Positions 8,644 to 21,000 of a stretch of 52,184 bases of DNA are shown here, one piece after another; within the stretch, counting starts at the first letter, position 1; each line of letters begins with the position of its first letter. The stretch is from positions 1 through 52,184 of IMG/VR virus record IMGVR_UViG_3300044858_004443; one strand, given 5' to 3'. The notes beneath the pieces were generated by a model. That model saw only the letters and a list, made by a program, of their open reading frames with translations. It ran no database searches and had not been told where the DNA came from. The stretch is from a virus. Lineage: Duplodnaviria > Caudoviricetes. The translations under genes and the position numbers were made by a program.

Positions 8644-8969
8644 GCGAGGAGAGTGAGGTATCTTCCGACACAAGTTGGGAAGACATTCCTCTCCTCAAAT
8701 ATGAGTCTGAAATATTTATAAAAACCGGAGCTTGGAACAGCATCGGAGAGTTGGAGTCATGTCTTACTCTCAATGAGCTGTTCCTTCTCTATCGTGCAGC
8801 TGTTAATGAAACAAGTACTGCTATGAAGATTGCTGCAGCCGCTCAGGGTGCTGATGTTGATTTTGATGAAGACTGGTATAATCCTGCGCCTAAGAGAATT
8901 GTCCAAGGACTTGATATTATGCAAATGGGAATTGGTCTTGGATATGAAGTTTCTCAAAAAACTGATTGA
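8634..8969 (+). CDS. Tail assembly chaperone -1 frameshift extension (GT-like, ~209 aa in total from 8341)
   Basis: The -1 frame is open from 8586 to 8969 (LGEESEVSSDTSWEDIPLLKYESEIFIKTGAWNSIGELESCLTLNELF...AAAQGADVD) and has no convincing start of its own. Confidence 0.7.
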   Translation, partial: FLLGEESEVSSDTSWEDIPLLKYESEIFIKTGAWNSIGELESCLTLNELFLLYRAAVNETSTAMKIAAAAQGADVDFDEDWYNPAPKRIVQGLDIMQMGIGLGYEVSQKTD

Positions 8970-9020
8970 TAAAACCTTGATTTTATCGACCTAATGTGTA
9001 ATAATTAATATGGCTGAACT

Positions 9021-12000
9021 ATGTCTGATACACCAACACCGTATGGGGATATAAAATTTACTGTCACTGCAGATACGTCTGAAGCTGCGATTTTACGTCA
9101 AAGTTTAGCTCAAGTATCTGCACAAATTAATAATACTGTAAGTACAGTAAATAAGCTTGCCAGTACACAAGCGATGCTTCAAAGAATTACTGCTGGTACT
9201 GGTAATAGCACAAAAGTTTTAACTGGTTTAATTGCTGCTAATAATAAAGCGCAAGTTCTTAATAATAAAATTATTAGCGATGCTGTAAGGCATCATGCTG
9301 CTTTAACAAAAGAGATTGATAGGCTCGGAACATCATCTCCAAAAGCAACTGCGGCACTAAATGCTCAAGCCAATGCAATGCAACGCCTGACTACCAGCTC
9401 GAGAGAGCTGACAAGAGCGCTGCAGGCAACATCTATCCAACAATGGGCTAACAGGGCTAAAGGCTCGTTGACTCAAATGAACATGAGTATTCTTAGGACA
9501 ACTGCTCAAACACTTGCATTTACAAGAGCCTTAAGAACAGCGTTCTTTAGCTTTGCAGACTTAGAGCAAGAATCTGCAAGAGTTACAAAACTTATGGTTG
9601 ACAACTTTGGATCTGGAGAGGAAGCTATTAGGCTTGCTTCTGAACAAACAAAGGAATTGGGTAAACTTCTTGATCAAGTAACTAGAAAATTTGGAACAAG
9701 CAGGGTGTTGGTTCAAAGTCTAGCAGGTGACTTTGCAGAACTTGGCATAGGTGATATTCAAGGTCTTAAAGATCTTGTTGAATTAACAACTACTGTTGAG
9801 AAATTAGGTAACGTTGATATTGAACAATCACAAAGATTTGTTGAATCAATGTTGCAAAATATTTTAAGAGTTAAGAGAGAGCAGTATGCAGCAAGAGGTC
9901 TTTCGTTAGATTTAACTGACCCTAAGCAATTTAGCAATATTATTGCTGAATTAAGAGGTCAGCTTGCTGAGTTCAACTTAGTTGAAAATAAAACTTCTCT
10001 ATCACTAAAAGATCTAGCAGACGCATTCCCAGAAGTCTCGGCTGCAGCAACAACATTCGGACTGTCAATGACAGAATCCGCAGCGCTGCTCGCTCCGATG
10101 GTTGCTTCTGGTTTCCAGGTCGGCGCATCTGCTAACTCTATCAAAGTTTCATTGCAAAGAATGGTTGCAATGACAAAACAAAATTCAGTAATTCTTGGTG
10201 AGCTTAATCAAGCGCTCGGACCAGATTTTGACTACTCTGCTGGTGTAAGTATGGAAAATATTCAAAAGCTTACAGATGGTTTTAATAATCTATTAAGCAT
10301 TAAGGGCGAGCAGGGAACACTGGAGCTGTTTGCAAGATTGTTCGGCGTTCGTCAGGGACCAAGAATGGAAACATCCTTTAGGCAGTTGGCAGTATTTCAA
10401 AAAGCGCTAGGAGAAATGGGAACAACAGAAGCCAGGATTGCTGAAGTAATTCAAAAAAATGTTAATGCGAGATTAAAGTCTGCCGGGTTTGCTGAGACTG
10501 AGCAGATTCAAGTAAAAAAAATGGTGGATATCAGTAATTTACACAGAAAAGCTACTGAAAATATTAATGGTCAATATACAAAAAGAGCTAAAATAATTCG
10601 TGAGGGTCAAAAGTTAGCTTTTGATGAATTAACTAAAATTTATGGAACAACAGGTGATGAGTCTAAAGATTTCTTAAGCAAAATAGGAACTGAGTCCGGT
10701 AAGATATTGATGTCTAGTGCTTTTAGAATTGAAGACGTAGCGCAAAAGCAATTAGAGACTGAATTGCAAATTGGTCTAGATACCACTATAACAAAATTTA
10801 GAATAATGAAGGAAGAAATATTGGCGATCGGAAGAGTGATCGTAACAGCCTTCAAGCCATTGATAGAATTTTTTACACCAATAATACAAAAGATTAGAGA
10901 TTTTGTAGAAAATCTTGGACCGCTCGGTAAAAAAGCTATAAGTTTTGGTGTTATATTTTTAGGTTTGATACCATCTATAAAACTTTTGACAGTTTCATTT
11001 AGATGGTTCTTTACAGGGGCGCTGTCGAGTATTGCAAGGCTTGCAACAGGTTTTGGCAAACTTGGGTCTAGGATTATTGATGTTACCGAACTTGTTGATC
11101 GTGGAGCTGGGGCTTTAAAAAATTGGCAAAAGGCAACATCCTTGCCAGGGACAACAAAAGTTCTCTTGTCTGGAAGAAAGCGTGGTGCTATAACAGATGT
11201 ATCTGGATTGGACCCGTCAGCTCAGCAAGTATTGCAACAGGGTTCAACGCCAACATCTGCTGACCTTAAAAATATTTTTAAACGAGCCATCGGGCTTCCT
11301 GTCGGTGGTGATGCATTAACTGGATTAGATGCTGCCATAAAAGCAGTTGATGCAACTGCAGAAACTGCAGCTGATGCTGCCGATGCTGCTGCAACGACTG
11401 CTAAATCTGTTAGCGATGGAGTTAGTGAAGCATTAAAGGCTGGGTTTAAAGGAACTGTATTCACTAGCAACAGATTCATGGGGAATACATTTACTGGTGG
11501 TCCCGGAGGTGGAGGCACAGGTCGTGGACCTAGAACACCTGGGTCTCCTAGAACACCTACCGATACAAGACCAACATATGGTCCCCCAGCACCTGGTCCT
11601 GTATATGGACCAGCAATGCCGCCTCCAGATACAAGACCAACATATGGTCCATCCCTGCCTTCAGATGCAAGACCAATTTATGGTCCATCGCTACCTCCAT
11701 CTGTAACTGGCACAAGCAAGATACCAGCCGGTGGTTTTAGAGTACCAACAACTCCTGTATTGCCATCAATTCCAGGTCCTGAGCCAGTTAAAAAAGCTGC
11801 TAAAGCCGCTAAAAAAGCCGTCAAGGAAACAATAGATACTGCAGCGGCATCAGTTGCCACAGCAACTGCAACAGTCGGTGCCGCAGTTGCTGATGTTAGC
11901 TCCACAGTTGCATCTGTGGCTGCTGGGGCTGCAGAAACGGTTAGCGAGGGTGTCTCTAGTGCCGTAAGTGCTACTAAAACAGTTGCTAGTGGATCAAAAG

Positions 12001-15000
12001 TTACAAAAGCTGCAGCTCAAATGACAACACTAAAAGTTTCAGAGATAGTTTCAGTTTATGACAAACTTGGTGTTGCTTTGCCAGATGAATACCAATTCTT
12101 AAGAAGTTTAGATAAAGAATGGCAGGTAGCGACAAAAACTAAGCAGAAAGTTCTAAAAGATATAGCTGCACAAGCAAAAGGTGGTGATTTAACAAATCTT
12201 GGTGGTCCACTCGGAAGAATCGAGCGCATCGGAAAATCAGAGGTTATCTTTACATCTCCAGAATCAAAGAGATCACTAAAGCCAACTTCAAAACAAATAG
12301 CTGAACGTGCTCTTCGACCAGATGTAATGGTTCCATTTGGTCAAGATGAGATTGTTAGCGATTTATTAGAAGAAAGACTGAAGAGGGTTCCGAAGGTCGG
12401 TTCAACTATTCCTGCAAAAGCAAAGCCATTAGCTGGGGTTATTGAAAATCTTAAAATTAGAGGCAAAAAAATACAAGAAAATATAAATCAATTAGCAGAA
12501 ACTGGTATGAAAGCAGCTGAGCGTGCGGCGGCTCAGGCTGATAGTGTTCTTAAATATGGTGCTACTGAAACAAAATTGTTAGCTGATGAATTTAAAGGTT
12601 TAACACTAACTCCTAAAGATACTGCAGCAGGGGTGATTGAAGTTGAAAGAGAAGTTAGGGTTCTTAGCGAGTATGAAAAAGCAGTTGAAGAGGCAAGAAT
12701 TGCACAAAAAGAATTTGAAGATCTTACATCGTCTGCATCACAGCAGGATGTGCAAAGATTGGCAAATAAAGCAAAAGCAACTAGAGAAAAAGTTGTCAAG
12801 CTTGAAAAGACAAAAAGGAATGTTGTTCGAACAGCAACAAAATTTGATATAGTACCAGCAGCTCCGGTATCTCAAGAGCTGCAAAATTTTAGAGATATAA
12901 CATCAAGAAAACTACAGCTCTTAGGACCACAAAGAACTCTTTTGCCAAAAGGTGTTAACACACAAGAGCAAGTTAGTAAAGCTCTAGCAAGTGCCGTTGC
13001 TCAAGAAAAGATTTTGCTCCCGAAGGGTGGTATTAATCAAAACTTAAAATTAATAGCTGGATATAGAGCTTTAATGGTTGAGAAAATTGAAGCTATAAAT
13101 AAAGCAATTGACAGTGGCGATGATGTGATTGTTAAAAATCTTAAACAAATCGGTTATAAGAGTAAGCAAGAAATTGCAAAAATGACTAGTAAAACATCTA
13201 AAACTCAGGCTGCAGCTCAGAATCGTGAATTGATAAGAAAACTCGCAGCAAAGTCTGTCCGTCTAGATGAGCTAGATCCAGAGTCGCCAGCTTATGATCC
13301 TAATGCTGGGCGTAGATTATTTACAAAAGGCATGGCTGATAAAGTTGCAAACGAGAGGATTGTGCAACAATCTGATAGTCAAATATTAAATAGAATATCT
13401 CCAACAACAGATAAAGCTAAAGCTAGTATAATTGCAGAAAGAAATGCTGCAAGAACAAGAAATGCTGCAAAAGAAGCGGATATATTGAATAAAACAATTA
13501 ATCAGATGACTTCTGATTACACTGTTGAAGCGCAGCAGTCTAGATCTAAAGCAGTTACAGCGTTTAAGAAAACACGTAACGCACTAATAAAGAAATTTGG
13601 AAGCATTGAGGCTGCAGAGGTAGCATTAAGTAATGCTGTAAATGCAGAGCTTGCAGTTCAAAAAGGAGCTCTTTCTGCACCAACTGCTGCTGTAAAGAAA
13701 ACGGTTTCAAGAACAACGTCAATAGTTGCATCCGGAACTGCGGCAGTTAAAGAAACAGTTGATACTGTAGCAAGAACTGCAAGCAGTGTCCCATTCATAT
13801 TGAAAGATTCATTGGGTGGGTTCAGAATGTTCCATTCAGCCGCCTCTGAAGCAGTCTCATCTTCAGTCGTTGCATCTACTAAGACAATTGGATCTGAGAT
13901 AAGCAGGTTGCTCGATGATGTAATAGTAAGAGCACTTCCGGCTGGATTTGATCCAGCAAAAGCTAAAGTCATGCGTTCTGTCATTGCAGAGGTATTGGCA
14001 AAGACACCAATAACAGCAGCAAGTGCGGCAACTCCGGCAGCTCAAAGTTTTATGTCCCATGTTCTTGGCGGCATGGGTGATGATATTGCAAGGGTTATAA
14101 ATTCACTTGCGCCAGATATTACTTCGGCAATATCTGCCGGTGGCATATCAGCAAAAGGTGGAATTGTGCAAACAGCAAAGGCAAGAGCTGTTGGTTCCTT
14201 TAATAAATTGAAATCATTAACTACTGCAAAAATTCTTGGTGATCTAGGAATGCTTAGAACTGGTATTGAGGCGGCAGTGTTTGATGCCGTAGCCGCTGCT
14301 GGCTATGCAATTGAGAGTACAACAAGTTCTATTGGTGAAGCTATTAGGGCTGGTACATATACGGAAGCAATGATCCCAGGGTATTTAGATGAATTGACCG
14401 CAAAGAGAGAAAAGAGGAGCGCTAGGGCGGTAGAGAGTGGGTCTGCTGGTGCTGCGGCTGCTGCTGAGGCTAGAGGTGAGCCGATATCGAGAGGAGAAAA
14501 GAATGCTGCTAGAAGAAGAAAAAGGGCTCTAGAGAGGCTTGTTAAGGAAGGCAGAGCGCCAGATCTTGAGGCAGCCGGCAGTCTTTATGATAAGGCTCTC
14601 GCAGGTGGAAAAGAAGAGCTAGACAAATTATTGCCAAAAACAAAAGCTAGCGTCGGTTCGGCGGTTAAGGAGGCGGTTGGTGATGCTGCTGAGGCTGCAA
14701 AGGAAACAGCATCTGAGGCTGTCGAAGCTGTTGGAGAAAAACTAGACGAAGCTGTTAAAACAGTTAGCGATGCTACAACTGGCGCAATAGATGATGCTAC
14801 TAAAGCTGTAAAAGATAAAGTTCGTGCACCATCGACAAAAGGGATGAAAGTCGAGGATATGGGGCGTGCTGAGCTTGTAAGGGAGAAAGGGAGATTGCAA
14901 AGTGCTATTAAGAAAGCACCTTTGGATATCTCTGTTCTTGATGAGGAGATAACAAAGAAGAAAGCCCTCATTGATGCTATGGATCCAGCGTCCAAGGGGC

Positions 15001-18000
15001 TTAAGACGAATGCAAGAATTATTGCTGAACATACAGCGTTGGTAGAGAAGAGAAATGCATTAAGTGCTAAGCTTGCTTCATCTGAAGCAAGGCTTACTGA
15101 GGTTAATAAGCGACTTGCTGAGACAAAGACCGCCGAGGCAGCATCTTCAAAGAAAGCAAAGCCAGCAGCTGCCGCAGCAGCAGCTGGTGCCGCACCAACT
15201 GGAGCCCCAAGAGCTCCAAGAATACCAACTGCTGCTGCGCCAGCCGCATCCGTTGCCGCTGTGACGAGCTCAGCAGTTGTTGAAAAACTTGATGAAGTTA
15301 TTATTGAATTCGATCGGTCCCTTGCAAACTTTTTTAAGGGACCAAACTTCTTTCAGGGACCAAACTATTTTGCTGGTCCAATAACAGCAATGCCCAATGC
15401 AAAATTTAAAGATGTAAAGAAGAGATTTTCTGATTTAACTGACGATGAAAAAAAGAAGGTATTGTCTGGTCATACTAAGAGAGCTGATGAAGCTAAGGCA
15501 AGAATTTTAGCAAGAAAAGCTGGCGCTACTGGTGCAGGCACGGTTGATGATGCTGCCGCAGCGGCAAGTGGTGCTACTGCTGCTACTGCCGCAAAGGCTG
15601 GGTTGTTGAGGAAATCTTTGTCCGGTCTTGGTGGATTGATGGGGAGCGGGTTGGTTCGTGGTGCACAAATTGGTAAAGCTGCACTGCAGGGGATGTTTGG
15701 AATAGTTGGCAAGTCTGCATCAGAGTTCTGGAAGATGAGTGCTGCATTTATCAATATGTATACAACCGCAATCAGCAGTGCATCATCAAGCTCAAGGCTT
15801 GCATCCATTTCTGCAATGATTGGGGCAAAAGCAATTGCAGTTGTTGGTAAAGCTGCAGCTATTACGGATAAAGCTATAAAGAAATTAGCAGGATCGTTCT
15901 TGGCTCTTGGGAGAACAATTGCCACAACAACAAATGCTGAATTGACAAGATTCTTTGCTTCGCTTCAAAAGAGTAAAATATTAAAGGCTTGGGGTTTCTT
16001 ATTATTTACCGGAATGTTGCCCTTGATCAAGGGTTTTAAAGTGCTGACAATTGGTGCAGTTAAATTCATTACAACAATGAAATTTAGCGCTCTCATTGGT
16101 GGATTTCAGCAATTATATCAGACGGTTTTAAGGACTGCATTAAGTTTCGCTGCTCTAGCTATTAAGCTAAATGCAGCAATGCTAATGATTGCGCCAATAT
16201 TGATACTGGTGTTTTCGATTATATCAAAAGTTAAAAGAGGCATCTCAGGTCTGTCGCCAGCTATGGACAATTTTAAAGCTGCTTGGGTGGCAATAAAAGA
16301 TGCGATATATATACTTGCTGCTCCTTTGGAAAATCTTATTGCTTCATTTGGCGGTATTGGGGCTCAAGGCGATTCGGTTAAAAGAACCGCAGGTGTAATT
16401 TGGTTGATATCTAAAGGTGTAAGGGCTGCTGCTGAAGCATTCCAAAGATTCGCTGCCGGTCCTGGTCTTAAATATATGAAGAGTGCTGTTGTTCCAATTA
16501 TAACAAGAATTGTTAATAGATTTATACTTCTTGGAAGAGCGATAAGTGCCGCATTTGGTGGTCGAAGCGGAGAGGCGGCAAAGAATTTTAAAGGCTTCTT
16601 ATACTCAATGCTTTATGAAGCAGTTGCATTTATTGGTAAATTTATAAGCTTAATAGCATCTGCACTAGAAATGTTTGCACCAACATTGGCTAAGATAATT
16701 GATGCCATTGTTGCTGCAACTATCACAGCATTTAGAAAAATTATGAATTTTGCAAAAGAAGTAATGCTGCTTCTAGGATCAATTATAACAGTTATTGGTG
16801 GAATATCTGGTCAAATTGGCATTGCCCTTGGTGGTGCAGCAATTGTTGCTGGTGGTGTTGGCATCGGACTTCTTGATATCAAATTAAAGGAATTTGAGGA
16901 AAGCGCTAAGAGTGGTGGCTTAGGGGCTGGGAAGGCAATTGCAAATGGAATTACTAGTGGTGCAAAAAAAGCTGCTCGTGGTATGGAGACTCTTAAAACT
17001 TTAGTTGGTGAAAAATATGGTGATTTGATGGGTGTCGGTATAAACACTGCTCTTGCTTCAAGAATTGCAAAAGACATGCCAAAAGATGTTAAGAATAAAA
17101 TTATAAGGTCTGCCGATGATGCAAGAGCTGGTGGAGAATCGCTCGGGCAAGAAATTGCAAAGGGCATTAAGAAAGGTCTAACAGATCTCAAATCAGAATT
17201 TACAGATAAGTTTTTTGGAAAAGCTGATTCTGAAATTGATAAATTTGTAGAGAAATTAAAAGATGGTTTAAATGAACAGAAAGATAAAGCGCTAGAGGCA
17301 TTTGATAATCAAATAGAAGCTATTGAAGCTCTTGGTGAAGCAGAAGAAAGGCTTACTGCGACTGTTGAATACGAAGAAAAGCGTCGTGAGATGATACGAG
17401 AGCGTGCTCTTGATAGAGAAAATTATTTGCGTGAAAGAAAAGTCGCTGCGTATGAGGGAAGGGCTGAAGATGTAAGGTCATTAGACCTTACATTTAGAAA
17501 GAGTAGTGTGGAGAAAGATAAGGAGATTAAAGACTTTGATCTAGATAGAGTTAAGACTCTCCAGGCTCAAAATAGAGAGGATGCTGTCAAAGTAATTAAT
17601 AAACAAAAAGAGCAATTGATCAAAGAATATGACAAGATGTTTAAAGACTTTGATCAAAGAATTGAAGACATAAAGGTTCGTGGATTTAGTAATGAACAAG
17701 AGTTTGTGCAAATGTTTGGCAATTTACAAAACGCTGCATCGGTATTTTCTGACGATCTCTCTTCAACTTTCATGAAAGCTATGGAAAGTCTTCCAAATGC
17801 AATAAGAGAATCAACAGATCCATCTATTGGAATGTTTAGTACATCAATGGATAAAATGGTTCAAGAAGCAAAGAGAACTTTCGGTATTGGAGTAACTAGT
17901 GCAAGTTCAGAATCAATACTTGGAGCTGCTTATTTCCTTGCTAAGGGAATGCCGGGTGCGTTTAGACAAGCATTTGATTCAGGTATTGTTTCACAATTTG

Positions 18001-21000
18001 TTACGCCATTCTCAACAAAAGTTAAGAATGAATTAAATAATACCGTCCCGGCTAATTTGTGGGTTAAGTCTGCTGGTGTTGCAATGGTTGAAATGGTTAA
18101 TGAAATGAAAAGAAAACTTGTTAGCCTCAAGGGAACTTTGTATGATGATTTTAAGAAATTGTTCTCTGAAATACCCGTAGCAGATTTAAGTACAATATTT
18201 GGTGACATGTTTAAAGATCTCGATTCAGAGGCTCTTAAGGATTATTTTGCCAACCTTTTCCCAACAGCAGAAGAATTAAAGGCAAAAATTATAACAATTG
18301 AAACAGTTCGATCCAAAGACGGATCTGGCGGTGGAGAAGCGCCAAAAGCTTCGCCCGGTTTTACTCCATCAGAGTTAGGACCAACTGACGTAGATTACTC
18401 AAAATATAAAGATTATGTTGAAAGAATGGCTGAGTTGAGAGAAAAGGCGGCAGAGCCTGCGCAGTCTGAAAAGCAGGATCCAAAACAAAGCTTCTTTGGC
18501 AAATTTAAAGATATTATTGTTGGCATAGCTGATTATCTTGGTCCAGTTAAAACAGCCATCCTGGGGGCGCTTGGAGTTGTTGCTGGCGCTGGTGCTGCAA
18601 TACCAATATGGACTGGAATAAAAGTTGCTGCTGTCGCAATTGGAACAGCAGTTGGTGGATTACCAATATTAATAGGAACAGTGATTGGTGTATTAATATA
18701 CTTGTACGCTAGATTTAAATCCGTAAGAGATATTGTAAATGGTATAGCTATGGAAATACGGGATGGTCTTGTTGCTGCATTTAATTTCCTAAAAGATATT
18801 GGAGTTAAAGCATTTGATGAAATTAAAATTGCATTTTCAAAACTATGGGATGGCTTTACTGGGGTTGCTTTGCCAAAAATTGGTGAAATTTGGAATGGTT
18901 TTATAATTGGTTTTACAATTGCATTTGATTGGCTAAAAGAACAAATTGGTAGAAGGGTATCTGTTTTAATTGATATTATTAAAGCTCTTATTGATCCATT
19001 AAAAGATTATTGGAAAACTTTCTTTAAAGCTAGTTTTGATTTAATTAAAAGTTATTTTGAAAATGTTTCGAATATAATTGTAGAATTATTTGCAACATTA
19101 AAAGTAATATTTGAACCAATAATTAAAATTATTGTTGGTGTATTTATTATAATAACTGAAGCTATTACAATTCTTTGGGAAAAATTAAAAACGCCAATAA
19201 TAACTATTGCAACATTTATTATTAAAACATTTACATTTTTACTTCCAATATTTTCTAGCATAGGTAGTTTTATATTTGATGTAATTGGTGGTGCAATAGT
19301 TGGTCTTCTTAAAATTATAAAATTTGTTTTTGAGGGATTGTATAAATCAATTGGCACAGTTGTTAATGTTGCAGTTGGTATAGCAAAAGCAATATTTAAT
19401 GTGTTGAATGCAATCTGGACAAACCCTGTTGTGAAGTGGATCAGGGACTTCTTATTCAGAGTCTTGATGCTTGGAATTTTTATAGTTGCAAGCTTGCTGG
19501 AAGCATTTGCAAAAACAATATTTAATGCATTTAAAACAGTATTTAATATATTTAAAAATATTGCAACATTTATATATAACACACTCAAGCCAGGGCTTGA
19601 ATTAATTTGGAATGTTGTTAAATTTGTTTTTACACCTGTTATATCAATAATAAAAGTAGTAATAGATATAGTTAAATCGCTGTATGATGAATTTGGGTTT
19701 CTCGGTCTAGCGTTAACCCCATTTCTTGCTGTTTTGGAATTGATAAGACGTATTTTTATGATTGTTTGGAATGTTGCTAAGTCTGTATTTAAAGGCATAT
19801 ACTCATTAATTGAAAGTGCAATTGTAATTATAAAAATTGTTGCAAGTGCTATATGGGACGGTTTAGGAAAAGTTTGGGGATTAATCTCACCAATTGTTAA
19901 TGCTTTCTGGGATGGTATAACAACAGCAGCAGGGTTTGTTTGGGATTTACTAAAGACAATGGGTAGTAGTATTTTGGATGTTCTTGGATCAGTATGGGAT
20001 GTAATAGGATCTGTCGCTACAAAATTCTGGGATGGCATAAAGATTGCTGCACAAACAGTTTGGGATTTCCTTAAGACAGTTGGAACAGGTATTTGGAATG
20101 CAATAGGATGGGTCTGGGATATGATTGCTGCAGCATCACAAAAATTCTGGGATCTTATTGTTGCAGGTTGGGGATTGGTCGGTCCAATTTTTGAACAATT
20201 ATGGGAATGGTTATGGAATGGTATTAATTATGCCTGGGATACATTAAAACAAACCTTGCAATTCTACTGGGATCTTTTCAAGGAGATGTGGGGTTGGGTT
20301 GAGCCAGTCCTGTCTCAGTTATGGGAGTGGTTGTGGAATGGTATTAAGTGGGCGTGGGATCAGTTGGTAGAGGTTGTGCAGTTCTATTGGGATTTGTTTA
20401 AGCAAATGTGGGGTTGGATTGAGCCTGTTTTAAGTCAATTATGGGATTGGCTATGGACAGGTATTAAGTTTGCTTGGGATAAGATAACAGATGCAGTCCA
20501 GTTTATGTGGGAAGGCGTAAAGGTTATGTGGTCGTGGATTCAGCCTGTACTGAATACTCTCTGGGATCTGTTATGGAATGGCATTAAGCTTGCATGGGAT
20601 GGAATTACAACTGCAGTTCAATTTGTTTGGGACAAGATAAAGGCAATGTGGGATGCAGTTTACCCTATTCTTAAAACAATGTTGGAGTGGATAAAAGATA
20701 AGATTGGTGCTGCTGTTGATGGTGTTAAGGGTGCATGGAATGGTCTGAAAGATGCGGTTAGCAATACATTTAATTGGTTTAAAGATAAATTCTCAAGTAT
20801 TGGTGGTTTTATAAGAGAAGGTATTGGTGGGGCAGTTGATTGGGTGTCTGATAAATTAGGGAATATTCCTAATTTATTCAAAGGGGCATTAAATGCAATA
20901 ATTAGAGGAGTAAATAATGTAACTGGATTTTCATTTACAATGCCAGATTGGTTGAAGTATGTTCCAGGGCTGGGCGGTGTAGCTGGCAAGACATATAGCT

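Noticed and set aside
8641-8721. Stop-codon readthrough or reassignment at the TAC TAG
   Set aside because: Readthrough hits TAA at 8719-8721 and misses the second domain. TAA, TAG and TGA all terminate intact genes elsewhere, so the standard code applies.
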